This document shows positions 1-13,146 of a stretch of DNA of 63,397 nucleotides, one piece after another. Made by a program: the position numbers and the translations under genes. Position 1 is the stretch's first letter. Each line of letters opens with the position of its first letter. This DNA is from Octopus bimaculoides (lineage: Eukaryota): NCBI RefSeq assembly GCF_001194135.2, contig NC_068982.1, positions 77,534,384 to 77,597,780 on the forward strand, in the 5' to 3' direction. The notes below the pieces were generated by a model. That model had not been told where the DNA came from and searched no databases. It was given only the letters and a program-made list of their open reading frames with translations.

Positions 1-2320
1 AGAATTGGTCTTTCAGACCATCTGGTAGCCCCGGTTGAGGTGCATAGGCTGAGATGACAGTGGCTAATCTATGATGAAGCACTAGTCTGATCTTAAGTAC
101 TCTGTCACTTACTCTAACGACCTCGATTACCTTATCCACCCATTTCTCCGCTAGAAGTATTCCTACGCCCCCGACCCCGTCAGTGTTCCCTGCCCAGAAA
201 ATCTTGTACCTGTGTTCTTTGCCTGTGAGGAACCTCGCAGAACCTCCTCTCCATCTTACTTCCTGGATGCAGCACATATCTACGCGTCTCCGTTCAAGCA
301 TCTCAACAATTTCACCAGATCTACCTTTCAGCGTGCCGACATTGAGAGTGCCAATCCTAACAGTATGGGTGTTGGGGGTGTGGGCCATGGCAAAGGGTTA
401 AATTAGAATAATATTTAGCTTATACTGACTTTGCAATCATCCATAAAGGATAGACAGCCCATAAAATTGGTAGTAGTAGTAGTATAAAATGGCCAACTCC
501 ATTGGCTGTCTATTCACTTAAGACAATGTATGTTTATATAAAAATAAATCACAAGGTGTACAAATTGTAACCAGATTTGAACTTAATCTCTTTTGGTTTG
601 TAATTTTTATCCTATATTTTCCAATCAGCACTATCACTTCTTAACCTCAGGAGTCTAATATTATTGTAAAATAGTCACAAGTATTTTTTGGCAATAAATA
701 TGTTTGCATTATTTTGTTTAACTTTGCTCCCCATTGCAAAAAAAAAAAAAAAAAATAAAAGACAAAGCCAACACAGCCCTACCGAAATTACTATTTTGTC
801 CTCTTTCTTTTATATTTTTACTAACAATGTTTTGAGAATATGGATCAATGTAAAAGTTGAACACAGGAAAAACATGTTACCTAAATAGAGATTTTAGTAA
901 TGAATTGAAACTGGTTTGAATGTATATTTATATGTGTGTGTGAGATTTTTTTTTTATTGCCCACAAGGGCCAATATATGTATACACACATACATATATAT
1001 AAGTATATGTGTGTGTGGGTGTTTCTGTGTTCTTTTATACTTTTACTTATTCCAGTCATTTGACTGCAGCCATGAAGGGTTTTAGTTGAACAAATCAACC
1101 CCATGACAAATTCTTTGTAAGCCTAGTACTTATTCTATTTGTCTCTTTTGCTGAACCACTAAGTTATGAGCTTATTACTGTTATTGTCATTTACATTAGT
1201 ATGTATGTATCTACAGTTACTTATTAGTCTATTTATTTATTTATATGTTTATATTCTTTTCTTATTTTGTTCTATATGATTCTTATCCCATAGTTTTAGT
1301 TGCTTTAGTGGTTTTACTTGTTTTTATTTTGTTCATTTACTTATCCTGCTGGCCATTGATTTAATTGATAGCTATCAACGAACTAGAACCACACCATTGT
1401 TTTCAAATAGGAGCTGATCAACTGGGTTGTAGAACTGACCATGACCCCACCCCACTACACATAGAGTTTTGAGAGTAGTTGATTGCCCAAAAAGTAACGA
1501 ACACTAACATCACATCTTAGCCTCACCTAGTTTTCTCTCATTGATACACTCACGTACTAAATTTCCCACGATGGGTTCAGTATAAGTTGCTTTTGCCATA
1601 CCCTCTGCAACGTTACACCTACTGACTGGCATTTTACATATTAACTTTCACCTCTGTAACATGGACTATACCATCAAACCTACCACTAAAGATCTATGAA
1701 AACCCAATGTGAACTACTGCCTAAAATTATCCCTCCTGAAAATGACTATATTCACCTACTGGATGAAATACCATAGATTTTATAAATACTTTATGGGAAG
1801 TCTGTACCTTATTCCCCTTGCTTGCCCACATTATTGTACTCTGCTGTATTTCACTTGTATTCTTGTTTTTGTGCTCTTATTATTATTATTATTCTGCCCT
1901 ATTTAAAAGAATAAGCACACCCTATCTATTCTTAATTGACTTTTATATGTGTTACCCCTCCCTGCCAAACTACTTAGACCCTCTGAAGAAGCCTAGGGAC
2001 ACATCCATTATCCAAGCCTTGTCTGTTCATCCCAGCATAACATTGAAGTGATGGAGATAACCTGGAAGATTTTGTTGCCTCTTGGAAGAAACCACCGTAA
2101 GGAACTAGAACCTGTAGACCCATTTATATTTTTGCTCATTTGTTTCTAGATGCTTAGATGTATTCACACCCTTGTCTATGCAGTTACCAGTTTTTTCCAC
2201 TCACTAATCTGTATAACTCATACATGTATGTGTATTCATCCTTTGAATAAATAGACACGCTTGAATGTTTACTGGCTGATGTCTGTCGACTTTATATCCT
2301 CTCTGTTTTCTTATTTGCTG

Positions 2321-2443
2321 TACACACACACACACACACACACNNNNNNNNNNNNNNNNNNNNNNNNNNNNNNNNNNNNNNNNNNNNNNNNNNNNNNNNN
2401 NNNNNNNNNNNNNNNNNNNNNNNNNNNNNNNNNNNNNNNNNNN

Positions 2444-2490
<47 letters not shown>
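2321..2490 (+). repeat. (CA)n / 100-N assembly gap / (GA)n
   Basis: N run at 2344-2443. Further 10-N gaps at 10835, 17297 and 20480. Confidence 0.95.
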
Positions 2491-2797
2491 CACTGAGGAA
2501 TCTGTTACAAGAGATTACTGTTATCACTGGTTCTTCAAGGATTAATGTTGACAGTAGAAATATGTTGTGAAATTTTGATTATTAAAAATCATTAGAAATA
2601 AAGAAAAAAATGACTAAAAAAGTTTTGTTTATATCATCACAGTAAAATGTAGTTAAAACTACATTTATTATTAAAAGAAGTAGAAATGTTACTGTTGATA
2701 AGTAAGAGAGAAAGAGATGAAGGTAACTAGAAAAAAATAAATATATAAACCATAACAGTTTAAGATGTGTCTACAACAGTACATTGTTACAACCTAC

Positions 2798-2866
2798 CTT
2801 GGCACAATGTCTTTCCCAACAATAACAGATGTTATAAAAGATTTAGTTTGTTCTGCACATTCCTCA
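2798..2866 (-). CDS. DAGLA: Diacylglycerol lipase alpha, catalytic aspartate exon (GKD)
   Basis: A polypyrimidine tract precedes tgacag|T-EECAEQTKSFITSVIVGKDIVP-AG|gtaggt, 69 nt. Phase matches the GHSLG exon 22.3 kb upstream. Confidence 0.93.
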
Positions 2867-3119
2867 CTGTCAGAAAGAAAGAGAGAGAAGTAGACACAAT
2901 TATAAAGTTGTATATTTCAATGCAATGACTCATAATATTTATACAGAAACAACATTTATTATAAATATATAAAAAATATAATAAACAATTAATTCTTACA
3001 TTAGTAAAACATCTCAGAAGAGAGAAATAAGATTGTGTGCTATTCATTCTGTGTTTCAACTATAAATAAAGTGATAACACTACATCTGGAAATTAAAAGT
3101 AGACAATCTTACTCATTTC

Positions 3120-3494
3120 CTTTTATGCTTTATTTGTTTCAGCCATTGGGATATAGCCATGCTGGGGCACTGCCTTGAGGGGTTTAGTCAAACAAATTGA
3201 CCCCAGTACTTATTTTTTAAATGTTTAGAACTTATTCAATCAGTGCCATTTAATGAACCATAAGTTATGGAGACATAAATAAATCAATACTGATTGTCAA
3301 GCAGTGGGGAAAACACACACACACACACACACACTCAGAGATTTCCACCAAGTTTCTATCTACCAAATTGACTCACAAGATATTGGTTGACCCAGGGCTA
3401 TAGTAGAAGACATGTATCCAAGATGCTGTGCAGCAAGATTGAACTCAAAAACTACGTGATTGCAAAGTGAGCTTCTTAATCACACAGCCATACC
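3120..3494 (-). mobile_element. tRNA-derived SINE, family B (CORE-like CTTGGGCAAGTG segment, internal CA repeat)
   Basis: Minus-strand head GGCTGTGTGATTAAGAAGCTCACT...GAGTTCAATC. Shared tail ACTGGGGTCAATTTGTTTGACTAAA. Confidence 0.75.
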
Positions 3495-4374
3495 AATCAC
3501 ACAACCGTACCTATACACAAATTTATTTTAATCAGAAACATTAATATTTTTTAAATTGATACAAAACTCATTTTTTTATGTGAATCGTGTCAAACCAAAT
3601 TTAACATTAGTTTTATTATGGATTAACACTAATTTTATTAATTCAGGAGGGATGAAAGGTAAATTCTAGTCCTACCTGGCTTTAAACTCAAAACAGCAGA
3701 CTAAATAAATATTGGAAAACATCTTGTTTGCTTTTCTACATCTTCACATTACTCAACCCCCAACAACAAATAAATTAAATATATGTACAAATACATATTC
3801 AAACATATATTCATATATTCCAATATGTCTATTTGAAAAGTCATTTCTTTTTACAAAATTGCAAATATATCTGAGAAAACCTAACAAAAAATGTAGCAAA
3901 CATTGGATATTTTGTGCATGGATATTTGCCAAAATATGCATTAAGATCTGTTGCACTAGTATTGGTGCATGCATAGGGTAGTAGATTTCCTGCTAAGTAT
4001 TTCATTCTCTATTGAAAACTGACACCATTGATTAGTAAATGTTAACTTGAGAAGGTTACTCACTATTGTGATACAGTTATGGCAATTGAATATTGCTATT
4101 TTTTATTTTTATTTTTTAAATAATTAACAATTACTTTCAGACAGTTGATACCATTCACTTGTAATGTCTTCATATTTCAGTAAAAAAGACTCAGCTTGCA
4201 ATTGATTAATTTAAAACACAATACTTTAACTTGCTTAAGAGCAATGTTAACCTGTTGATTTAACCAGTCTTAAAGGGAATGCAAAGGCTGTGGGGGGAAC
4301 AGTCTATACTTCCAGAACAAACCAATAATAAGATTACTCATGTCACCAAATAGGAAAATGCTTTAATTGATTTG

Positions 4375-4414
<40 letters not shown>

Positions 4415-4534
4415 AGAGAGAGAGAGAGAGATTGTATATCAGAGGTGTCAAATTGTATGTTTGACATCTCTGATCTATAATGGGACAATTACATTAATTT
4501 ATGCCTTTTGGGGACAAACAGGAGAATAGTGAGA

Positions 4535-4925
4535 CATCATCATTTAACGTTTGCTTTCCATGCTGGCATGGGTTGGATGGTTTGACTGAGAACTGGTAAG
4601 CCGGGGAGCTGCACCAAGTTCTGATCTGATCTGGTATGGTTTCTACAGCTGGATGCCTCTGTGAGGCCCAACGCTTGAATGGTGCTTTTTACATGCTACT
4701 GGCATGGATCCCAGTCAGATGGCACAGGCATATCACCCAATGTTTGAATGGTGCTTGAAAGTAGAAGACTTGTAATGACTGGAAAGAAATGAAGCTAGCA
4801 TGCTGTGATGGATGTCAGAGCACAAATGAGCTGAAACAAAAACTTGTTATAAGAAGAATCAGATGTAGTGTGCAAGAGAGGAGATTGTGCTGGCACAAGC
4901 ATGTGATACATATGGAGGATGACTC
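4535..4925. mobile_element. RTE fragment with 5' inversion (UTR minus, ORF piece plus)
   Basis: Minus-strand UTR 4535-4757 abuts plus-strand IRRIRCSVQERRLCWHKHV. Confidence 0.65.
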
Positions 4926-5989
4926 CAGAGTTACCTCTATTGCTACCCAACAGCTCCTCTTAATCTCACTATCTACTGTTATACTTCTAGGGTGCCCTCA
5001 AGCCTTTCTTTCCTTCACTGTACACACTGCATCCATCTTTTATTCCCCTTTATCTCTCTTTTCCACCATCCTTTATTCATTGTTTTTCCCATTTAGGATC
5101 CCTCCGCTGACTCTCCATGTGGGAGGCTTCCATGGCATTCACACTCTACTTTTCCTCTTTCCTATACCCCTGTAGTACCCTCCAGCATCCATTTCCTTCA
5201 CTACCTTCTTCCTAAAACTTCCCCACATCCTTAACGCTCTTTCTCATCATTCTCCATCTGCCCTGCCCCACACCTTTCCTTTCCTCAATGACTCTCTCAG
5301 ATTCATCTGCACTCTAGTCTATGTCCTTTTCACTAATGATGTCTGGTGTGTTATGATTTGCTGACTTGGGTGGGTGGATGCACTGCCAGGCAGAACCCTC
5401 CGTGGTGTTAGTCAGTTGGCCAGAAGGTACTCTGGATGGTTAGATAGTGGTTGTTTGCTTATACTGGGGGGGGGGGGTTCTGCACCTTCTTTAAGTTCAA
5501 CTTAATTGTTTCAGCTCAAGGAAATTGCTGCTAAGTTTATTTTAGAATGGTTGACAATAAGTCTGAAAACATACGGCAGCCAGGGTCCATGAAACTGGTG
5601 GCCTGCGAGTCAGGGATGGGGTCCACTGGTCAGGCTGGGCGTGTGACCTCCTCATGTTTGGCTGATCTGCGACCTTCCCCCATGGAGCACAATGGACCAT
5701 CTCCTATGCGTGGTACAGTTATTGGTCCTACAGATAACCTCCCTTCACCTTTCCACTCTAACCCCACCTTTTTCACAAAAACCCTATCACTAATCCCTTC
5801 CCTTGTTCCCTGCTATACACCACCTAATTAGTGGTACTTCTACAACTCTTACTCTCCCCACTACTACCCTTTTACAATAAAAAATCTGTTCCTCTCATCT
5901 TACTTACCCTCTTTCATCTTCCTATCTAGAATCATTGCTCACTCTATCTTTTATTCTCTAATTATAGGGGACACTAGACCCTTAGCTTT

Positions 5990-6220
5990 TCAAGTTACAA
6001 GGCAATCTTTTACTAGTACTGGTGCTGTGAAAAATGCACCTAGTACACTCTATAAAGTGGTTGGCATTAAGAAGGGCATCCAGTTACAGAAACTGTGCCA
6101 AAACAGACACTGGAACATTGTGTTTCAGTGTCTGTTTTAACTACTTCCAGTGCCTTAAACTCCTGTCAAATGGTCCAGTCCATGCCAGTTTCAAAACCAG
6201 ATGTTAATGACAATGATGAT
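5990..6220 (+). mobile_element. RTE 3' UTR fragment (representative; further copies near 8845, 21755, 30270, 32612, 40670, 41985, 53960)
   Basis: Shared core AAGTGGTTGGCATTAAGAAGGGCATCCAG...CATGCCAG...TGATGATGA. Confidence 0.75.
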
Positions 6221-7578
6221 TTTTAAAAGTGAGAATAACATATTCAATTGAGTTTATTCCAATTGTGTTAAATTTAGTAGTTATAGCAGAAAACACATTG
6301 ACATAGGTGTTTGATACATGAGTCATTATTTTTATTGATCAAAGAGGTTTATGCTCAAAGGTATTGATCAAGTAGGTAGTCCTGACTATGCTATCTTGTT
6401 AGGAATATCTAGGACTGCATTATTTAATGTGACTTTTTCTTTTTTAAGACAGTATGGTGAGATTTGTGAGAGATTTAGCTGCCATTTCAGCAAGCTGAGC
6501 GATTATGTTGCGGTTCTCTTGCTGGCATTATATAACTGTGATTGAATTTACTAGTAGCATTCAGCTCACATTTACTGGTGGAGTTCACAAGTATTTCCAT
6601 AACAATTAATACCTCAGCTACACCTACCTACCCACACATACATACACACTCATTGTAACAGAAGTATTGAATAGCACACTTCACCAGATGTCACAGTGCT
6701 TATAGCTAATATGGCTTTCTTCTTCAAAAGTCTATTAGAAATAATACAAAACAAGCCATTTGCTAATTTCATGGCCAAAGGAGGAATATCTTTTTGTATG
6801 TTACAGATAAATCTCTACTTAAAGTTGAAATATAAAATGACAGACAACAATATTGATTACATAAATATTGATTTGTTTCCTGATTTTATCAATTTATGTT
6901 TAATGATTAAAAATTTCAGCACTAACAATCATTGGATTGTGACTAACATGCAAGAGTACCTTCAAGGACTTTAATTGATCATGTTGCTTACTTCACTTTA
7001 TTTCAACTTCATATTTTTTTAATGGCCCAGTTGTTTTCTGAGATAAATGAAGCAACCCAACACAAGTATACACACGCACTGGCACACACATACATACATA
7101 CATCATCACCATCACAACCACCATCATCATTGATATAATGTCCACAACTCCAAGCTTGGATGGTTTATATTATACTTGAAATAGATTTTTCTGCAGATGG
7201 ATGCTCTTCCTGTTGTTAACCCTTACCTGTTTACAAACCAGGTAATATTTTCTCTAAACCAGCAAACAGCTCACTGGCCAGATCATAAACATATGATACC
7301 ATTTGTATCGCATGGTGACTTTGTTTTCAGTCAGCATGCACAAGTAGGCAAACGTTAAGATAAGAAGACACTCACATCTATATGACAGGCTTCTTACAAT
7401 TTCCATTAACTCATTTCATTCACAAAGCATTGATATCTCAAATCCTTATATTTTATCATTCATGTGCACTAGTATGGCACATCTGTAGTTAAAAACAAAA
7501 TTGTCAGTTGAAAGTGCCACACAGTGTGAGTGGACTCTAAACTGTAGATTTGAAGCAAACCACATTACCCTGTGCATG

Positions 7579-7624
<46 letters not shown>

Positions 7625-7630
7625 TACATA

Positions 7631-8394
7631 CAGGGTGCGATGGGTAAATTGTCACCATTTTGTATTTTTAATTTTGCACATGTGCATTGTTTGTTTTCGA
7701 TTTTGTTGACTACACAGTATAGTAGGGTCAGTTGAACACCGTCTGTGAGCAGCACCAGTGATGCAATTCACTCTGCCAGAAATTTGCGTCGGAAGCTCCA
7801 ATAAGAATAGATGGTGAACACACAGAACAACTGTTGGCTTGCTGTTTCCCCAAAACAGGTACTGAGAGTGATAAAACTCTCACACCCCCTCACACGCAAC
7901 ATGGAGGCCTACATCAGGTGCCTGGAGGAGGTAGAACTGCCCTGGGTCAAGCAGGTGGCTGCTGGAAGACCCTGTGTCTGGCAACAGGACTCTGCGCCAT
8001 GCCACACAAGCAGGAGAACCCAGTCATGGCTGTCAGACAGTTTCTGTGACCACATCACCCCTAACATCTGGTCACCTAACTCTCCAGACTGCAACACCCT
8101 TGTGTGGGGCACAGTTGAGTGAGAGACCAACATAACTCCTTGCAACATCAAAGATGAACTAACGGCAAGCATTATGGCAGCATTCACCAACTTAAATAAG
8201 AAGACTGTCCAGAAGAGTTGCAGAAGATTCTGAAGTCAATGGTTGAAGCCATTGGCGATTTTATTGAATAAATTTACTCTTTAGTATTTGATGATATTTT
8301 TATGTAATTTTGGTAAATATATCTGTTAAAATGAGATGTCAGTGTTATTTTCATTTTTGTGTAATTTAGATGACAATATATTCACCACACCCTA
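7631..8394 (+). mobile_element. Internally deleted Tc1/mariner element, DD37D (maT-like)
   Basis: TA-flanked imperfect TIRs (CAGGGTGCGATGGGTAAATTGTCACC...). Transposase remnant WQQDSAPCH...WSPNSPDCN. Same family as 61724. Confidence 0.85.
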
Positions 8395-8419
8395 TATATA
8401 TATATATATATGTATATAT

Positions 8420-8820
8420 AGTCTTTTATTCTTTTACTTGTTGCAGTCATTTAACTGAAGACATGCTGGAACACTACTTTGAAAGGTTTTAGTTGAACAA
8501 ATTGACCTCAGGACTTATTTCTTAAGCCTAGTACTTATTCTGTTGGTCACTTTTGCTGAACTGCTAAGTTATGAGGATATAAACACACCAACACTGGCTG
8601 TCAAGTGGTGATGAAGGTGGGTACAAACACATACACAAAGACACACAAATAGATATATACACATATATACAACATTTCTTTCAGTTTCCGCCTACCAAAT
8701 CCACTCACAAGGCTTTGGTCTGCCCAAGGCTATAGTAGAAGAAACTTGCCCAAGGTGCCATGCAGTGGAACCGAATCTGGAACCATATGGTTGGGAAGCA
8801 AGATTCTTGCTACACTTACA
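8420..8820 (-). mobile_element. tRNA-derived SINE, family B
   Basis: Same structure as 3120. Confidence 0.8.
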
Positions 8821-9145
8821 CCTATATATATATATTTATAAAATCATCATCATTTAATGTCCACTTTTCCATGCTTACATGGGTCAGATAGAATTCAAGG
8901 CAGATTTTTTACAACTGGATGCTCTTCCTATCACCAGCCCTCACTTGTTTCTAAGTAAGGCAATATTTCCCTATGGCTAGAAGTGTTCTCATAGAAGACT
9001 AGAAACAAACGACACAGCTTGTATGATGATGACACTCACATCTTACAAGGCTTTGAGTAACCTGAGGTTCTTACCTAAGATGTCACGCAGTAGGACTGAA
9101 CCCAAAACCATGTGGTTGGGAAGTAAACTAACCACACAGCCATAC

Positions 9146-9178
<33 letters not shown>

Positions 9179-9472
9179 CCCACACACACTATTTATTAAA
9201 GAAGAGGTCAAGCAGACCTAAATTCAAAGAGGACTTGATGTGTGTGGTGTAATAAGAAAGAAGTCATTCATCAGCAGAGTATAGTTATTAAAAATAATTA
9301 TTGTTGCAGTTCCACACAATCATTTCAATATTATAACAATATAAGCTATATGTAATGGTATCAACATTTTATCAGTGAAACTTACGTCTGTAAAAGAAGC
9401 TAAGTTTATAGGTAACAATGAAAATTAACGTTCATGTGGGGCAGAGATGAAATGAAAATGGTACCAGGCAAT

Positions 9473-10830
9473 GCTGGCATGGGTTAGATGACTTGTTGGA
9501 TCTGGTAAGCCAGAGAGCTGCACCAGGTTCCAGTTGTCTCTTTTGGCTTGGTTGGTATGGCTGGATGTTCTTCCAAATGCCAACTACTTTATAGAGTGTA
9601 CTGGGTGTCTTTTATGTGTCACTGGCACGGGTGCCTTTCTTGTGTCTCTGGTACTGGTCATGGTCACGATTTCACTTAGCTTGACATGTCTTCTAAAGCA
9701 CAGCCAAGTCTTGGTCACGGAAGTCTCAGTCACTTGTCATTGCCTCTGTGACATTAAAAAAACTGAAGATCATATTTCACCACCTTGTCCTACATCTTCT
9801 TGGGTCTACCTCTTCTATGGGTTCCTCCACAATTAGAGATAGACACTTCTTTATGCAGCTGTCCTCGTCCATATGCATTACATGACAATACCATTGTAGT
9901 CTTCTCTCTTGCACACAACATCTGATATCTCTTATACCAATTTTCTCTTAAGAAACTGACACTCTTTCATACATGCACACTGACATTGTACATCTGGTGG
10001 AGCATGCTAACTTCTTTTCTTTCAAGCCTTTGCATGTCCTCTACAGTCACAGCTCATGTTTCACTGCCATATAGCATGGCTGTTTGCACACAGGTATCAT
10101 ACAATCTGCCTTTCACTCTGAGGTAGAGGCCCTTTGTTGCTAACAAAGACAGAAACTCTGTGAACTTTTCCCAGCAGCTACACTCTCAGAGCATCCTTTT
10201 CCACTGCTGACTTGGTTACCTAGGTAACAGAAGCTACTATCTGCTAATTTTAAGTACCCCACCAGGCATTTGACAAAGTCTATTTTCTCTACATTCTTAC
10301 CTGCACATCTGCCACACACAAATACTACTTTCTCTGATAAGCTTCTGATACTGCTGCACCTCTTATGTATCTACAGTTTGCACTGGGTATACCTTATGGA
10401 GTTTCTACCTACACCTTTCCTACATATGATAGCAGGGCCATTCTACCTGAAGGGATGAGGAGTGATTTGTCTGTTTCCTACTTGTTAGAACTTAGGTCTT
10501 TGCTAAATTAACCCTAAGGCCCTTTGATTCCAGACCTTGCTTCCACATCTGAAATTTCTTCTCTAGTTCTGATAGTGATTCAGCTATAAGAACAAGATCA
10601 TCAGCATAGAGGAGCTCCCAAGGGTAGCTTGACTTAAGCTCCTTTGTTATGGCTAGGAGGACTATGATGAACAAGAGGGGGCTGAACTCCTACCTGTACA
10701 CTGAGTTCATTTCTATACTTGTTGCTGACTTTCACCTTACTGACAGCATTCCTGTACATGGATTGCTCTCACCAGCCACTCATCTGTCCCTAGCTTCTGC
10801 ATTGACCATCGGATAAGGGAGGGGGGGGAC
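9473..10830 (-). mobile_element. RTE-clade LINE fragment (RT with YADD through ORF end into long 3' UTR)
   Basis: FSPLLFIIVL...PWELLYADDLVLIAES...GLRVNLAKT. The GRPKK ORF end is contiguous with the abundant TGA-tailed repeat. Confidence 0.85.
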
Positions 10831-10883
10831 CTTGNNNNNNNNNNCCACATCAACAAAAACCAAACACAGAGGTTTATTCTTGG

Positions 10884-10927
<44 letters not shown>

Positions 10928-11199
10928 GAGAGGAGGGGTAGAATATATGATGCTACATCAGATATTCACAAATCAATAAAGCATAATAGTATAGAAGGGA
11001 TGTCATGAAACTGTTATTCAATTATTGATTTCACAATTCAAAGTTATTTGTTCTGTGTGAAAAAGGGAACAAAGAACCATTTTCTGTGCAATTTTCTATT
11101 TTAGGGTGTGTATGTTGGTGTGTGATTGTGGGTGTGTGTAGTAAAACAGGTATTGTTGTTATTGATGTTGTGCTATTGTCACAGTCAATGAAACTATTA

Positions 11200-11490
11200 A
11201 TAATAATGATAATGAAAACAATAACAATCATAGTAATAATCACAACAACAGCAGTGGTGGTGTTTGTAGGTATAAATTATCAGCCAGGTAATCACTGTTG
11301 CAGTCACTTCCATCATTATTGCTGCTGCTATTGTCCTCATCATCATCCTCATCGTCAGTAGTAGTAGTAGTGGTAGTTATAGTAATTGTATTATAGTGGT
11401 GGTTATAGTAGTTGTAGTAGTGGCGGTGATAGAGATAATAGTCATAGTAGTGGTTGTGGCGGTAACAGTAGTAGTAGTAGCAGCAGGTTT
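11200..11490 (+). repeat. Trinucleotide low-complexity tract (AAT/CAT/AGT/GGT)
   Basis: Runs of AGT, GGT and CAT; source of spurious ORFs. Confidence 0.85.
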
Positions 11491-13146
11491 TTTTGTTATT
11501 GTTGCTGAGTGGCCTTATTAGTTTTGAGCAAATCTTTGGCATGACTATAACTAATCAAACATTTTAAAGACATTCGGAAATTGAACATGTTTTCAGTTTT
11601 ACCTAGTTTCATATGAAACCAATACCTATTTCATTGATTTGCAAGTGAATACTGGTAGTTGAACTCAAACCTGTAAGTCAGTATACCATCCAATTAATTA
11701 TCTTATTAGAGACATTATCACTGAACCAAATTTCAGTCTATATGCTAATAAGTTCTTAGAGTACATCTTACTGTGTACTCTAAGAACTTAATAGCATAAA
11801 TTCCTCCTTATAGTAAATATTATTTTACTGAAAGATGGTAAATTGGCAGAGATATTTGGACATTGGATAGAAGCCTTGTGGTATATGTTCTGGCTCCCTG
11901 TGTCTTGAGTTCAAATCCTACTGTGGTCAACATTGCATTTTATCCTTTCAGGATCAATGGAAAAGTATGTATTAATCCAGGACAGTGATTTGGAAGAACT
12001 GTTAGAGTGTCAGGCAAGATAAGATACTGTGCAGTATCTGTTCCAGCTTTTTGCATTTTGAGAGCTGTCCTTGACATGTCACTATTTACATTCTTTATCA
12101 GTTCAAGGTGGTAACCCTCCTCTTGGATAAACATTAGTGATGTGAAGAAAAGGGGAAACTTGCATTCAGGAGTAACTTAGTCTTCCTCAAAAATATCTTG
12201 CCCAGGCATCCATTTCAAACCTGTCATGATCTTCAATTATCAGCTGATATACTGAATATTGAGTAACATAACTTGTATACACATTATCATTCATTGTAAT
12301 TTCTGTTATTTCTATTATTTGAAATAATATTATTAATTCTTTCTTAATTATCTTTAAGAATTCAAACACTGTTAAGGTCAACCTTGACCAATGGAGGACC
12401 CTATATCTATTTTACTGCTCATGAGTGCGGGTTAAGAAGAAAATATTTGGTCCAAGACAGACTACAATGCCTGCAGTACTAATAAAATATCAATAACACA
12501 AATAATGTAGAAAAGCTTGTTTCCTTAATGAAGAAGTTCATGTAAATGAAAGGAGAAATAAACACAAGCTAGATAATAATAATAATAATAATAATAATAA
12601 TTGTTTGAACAGCTAATTGTTCTTTGGTATAAAGGGAGTACAAAGGTGGTGTATAAACCATAATGTAATGACAGATGGTGCAAAAACAATTATCTAAAGA
12701 AAGAAACATTAGATATGCAAGTAAAGTGGATGATGTGGTGTATATCAAGCATGTAAAAGTTGAAGGCAGAGAGATCAGAATATTGATAAGAATAAGATAA
12801 CAGGGTAGATGTGAATGATTTCAGAGATAATTGAGGGCAAGCAGAATGTTATCCCATTATATCAGAGAACAGCCACCTGACAGACAAAGAGATGTACTTT
12901 ACTGTACTATGTGTGGTACAACTTACATTTTCATTTATTTATCTATTTATCTGCACCTTATTTGAATATTTTCTTTTCTTATTTATTTGTTTTAGTCTCA
13001 TAATTTCAATTTCAACTCTTTATTTAACTTTATAATTCCTCATCCCCATCATCCTTTTTAACTTTTAATTTCATAATTTATCACTCCTACCATTTTTAAT
13101 TTCACTATGCTGCAACTCCTATGCTCAATATAATCTAGCATATATA

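Noticed and set aside
1-410. ORFs 183-401 and 212-406 as a gene
   Set aside because: No recognisable motif or splice context; possibly a decayed retroelement tail, but not assignable.
11940-12381. Protein-like minus-strand ORFs as a nested gene or DAGLA exon
   Set aside because: No similarity to DAGLA, stops in adjoining frames, and the DAGLA frame is already complete without them.
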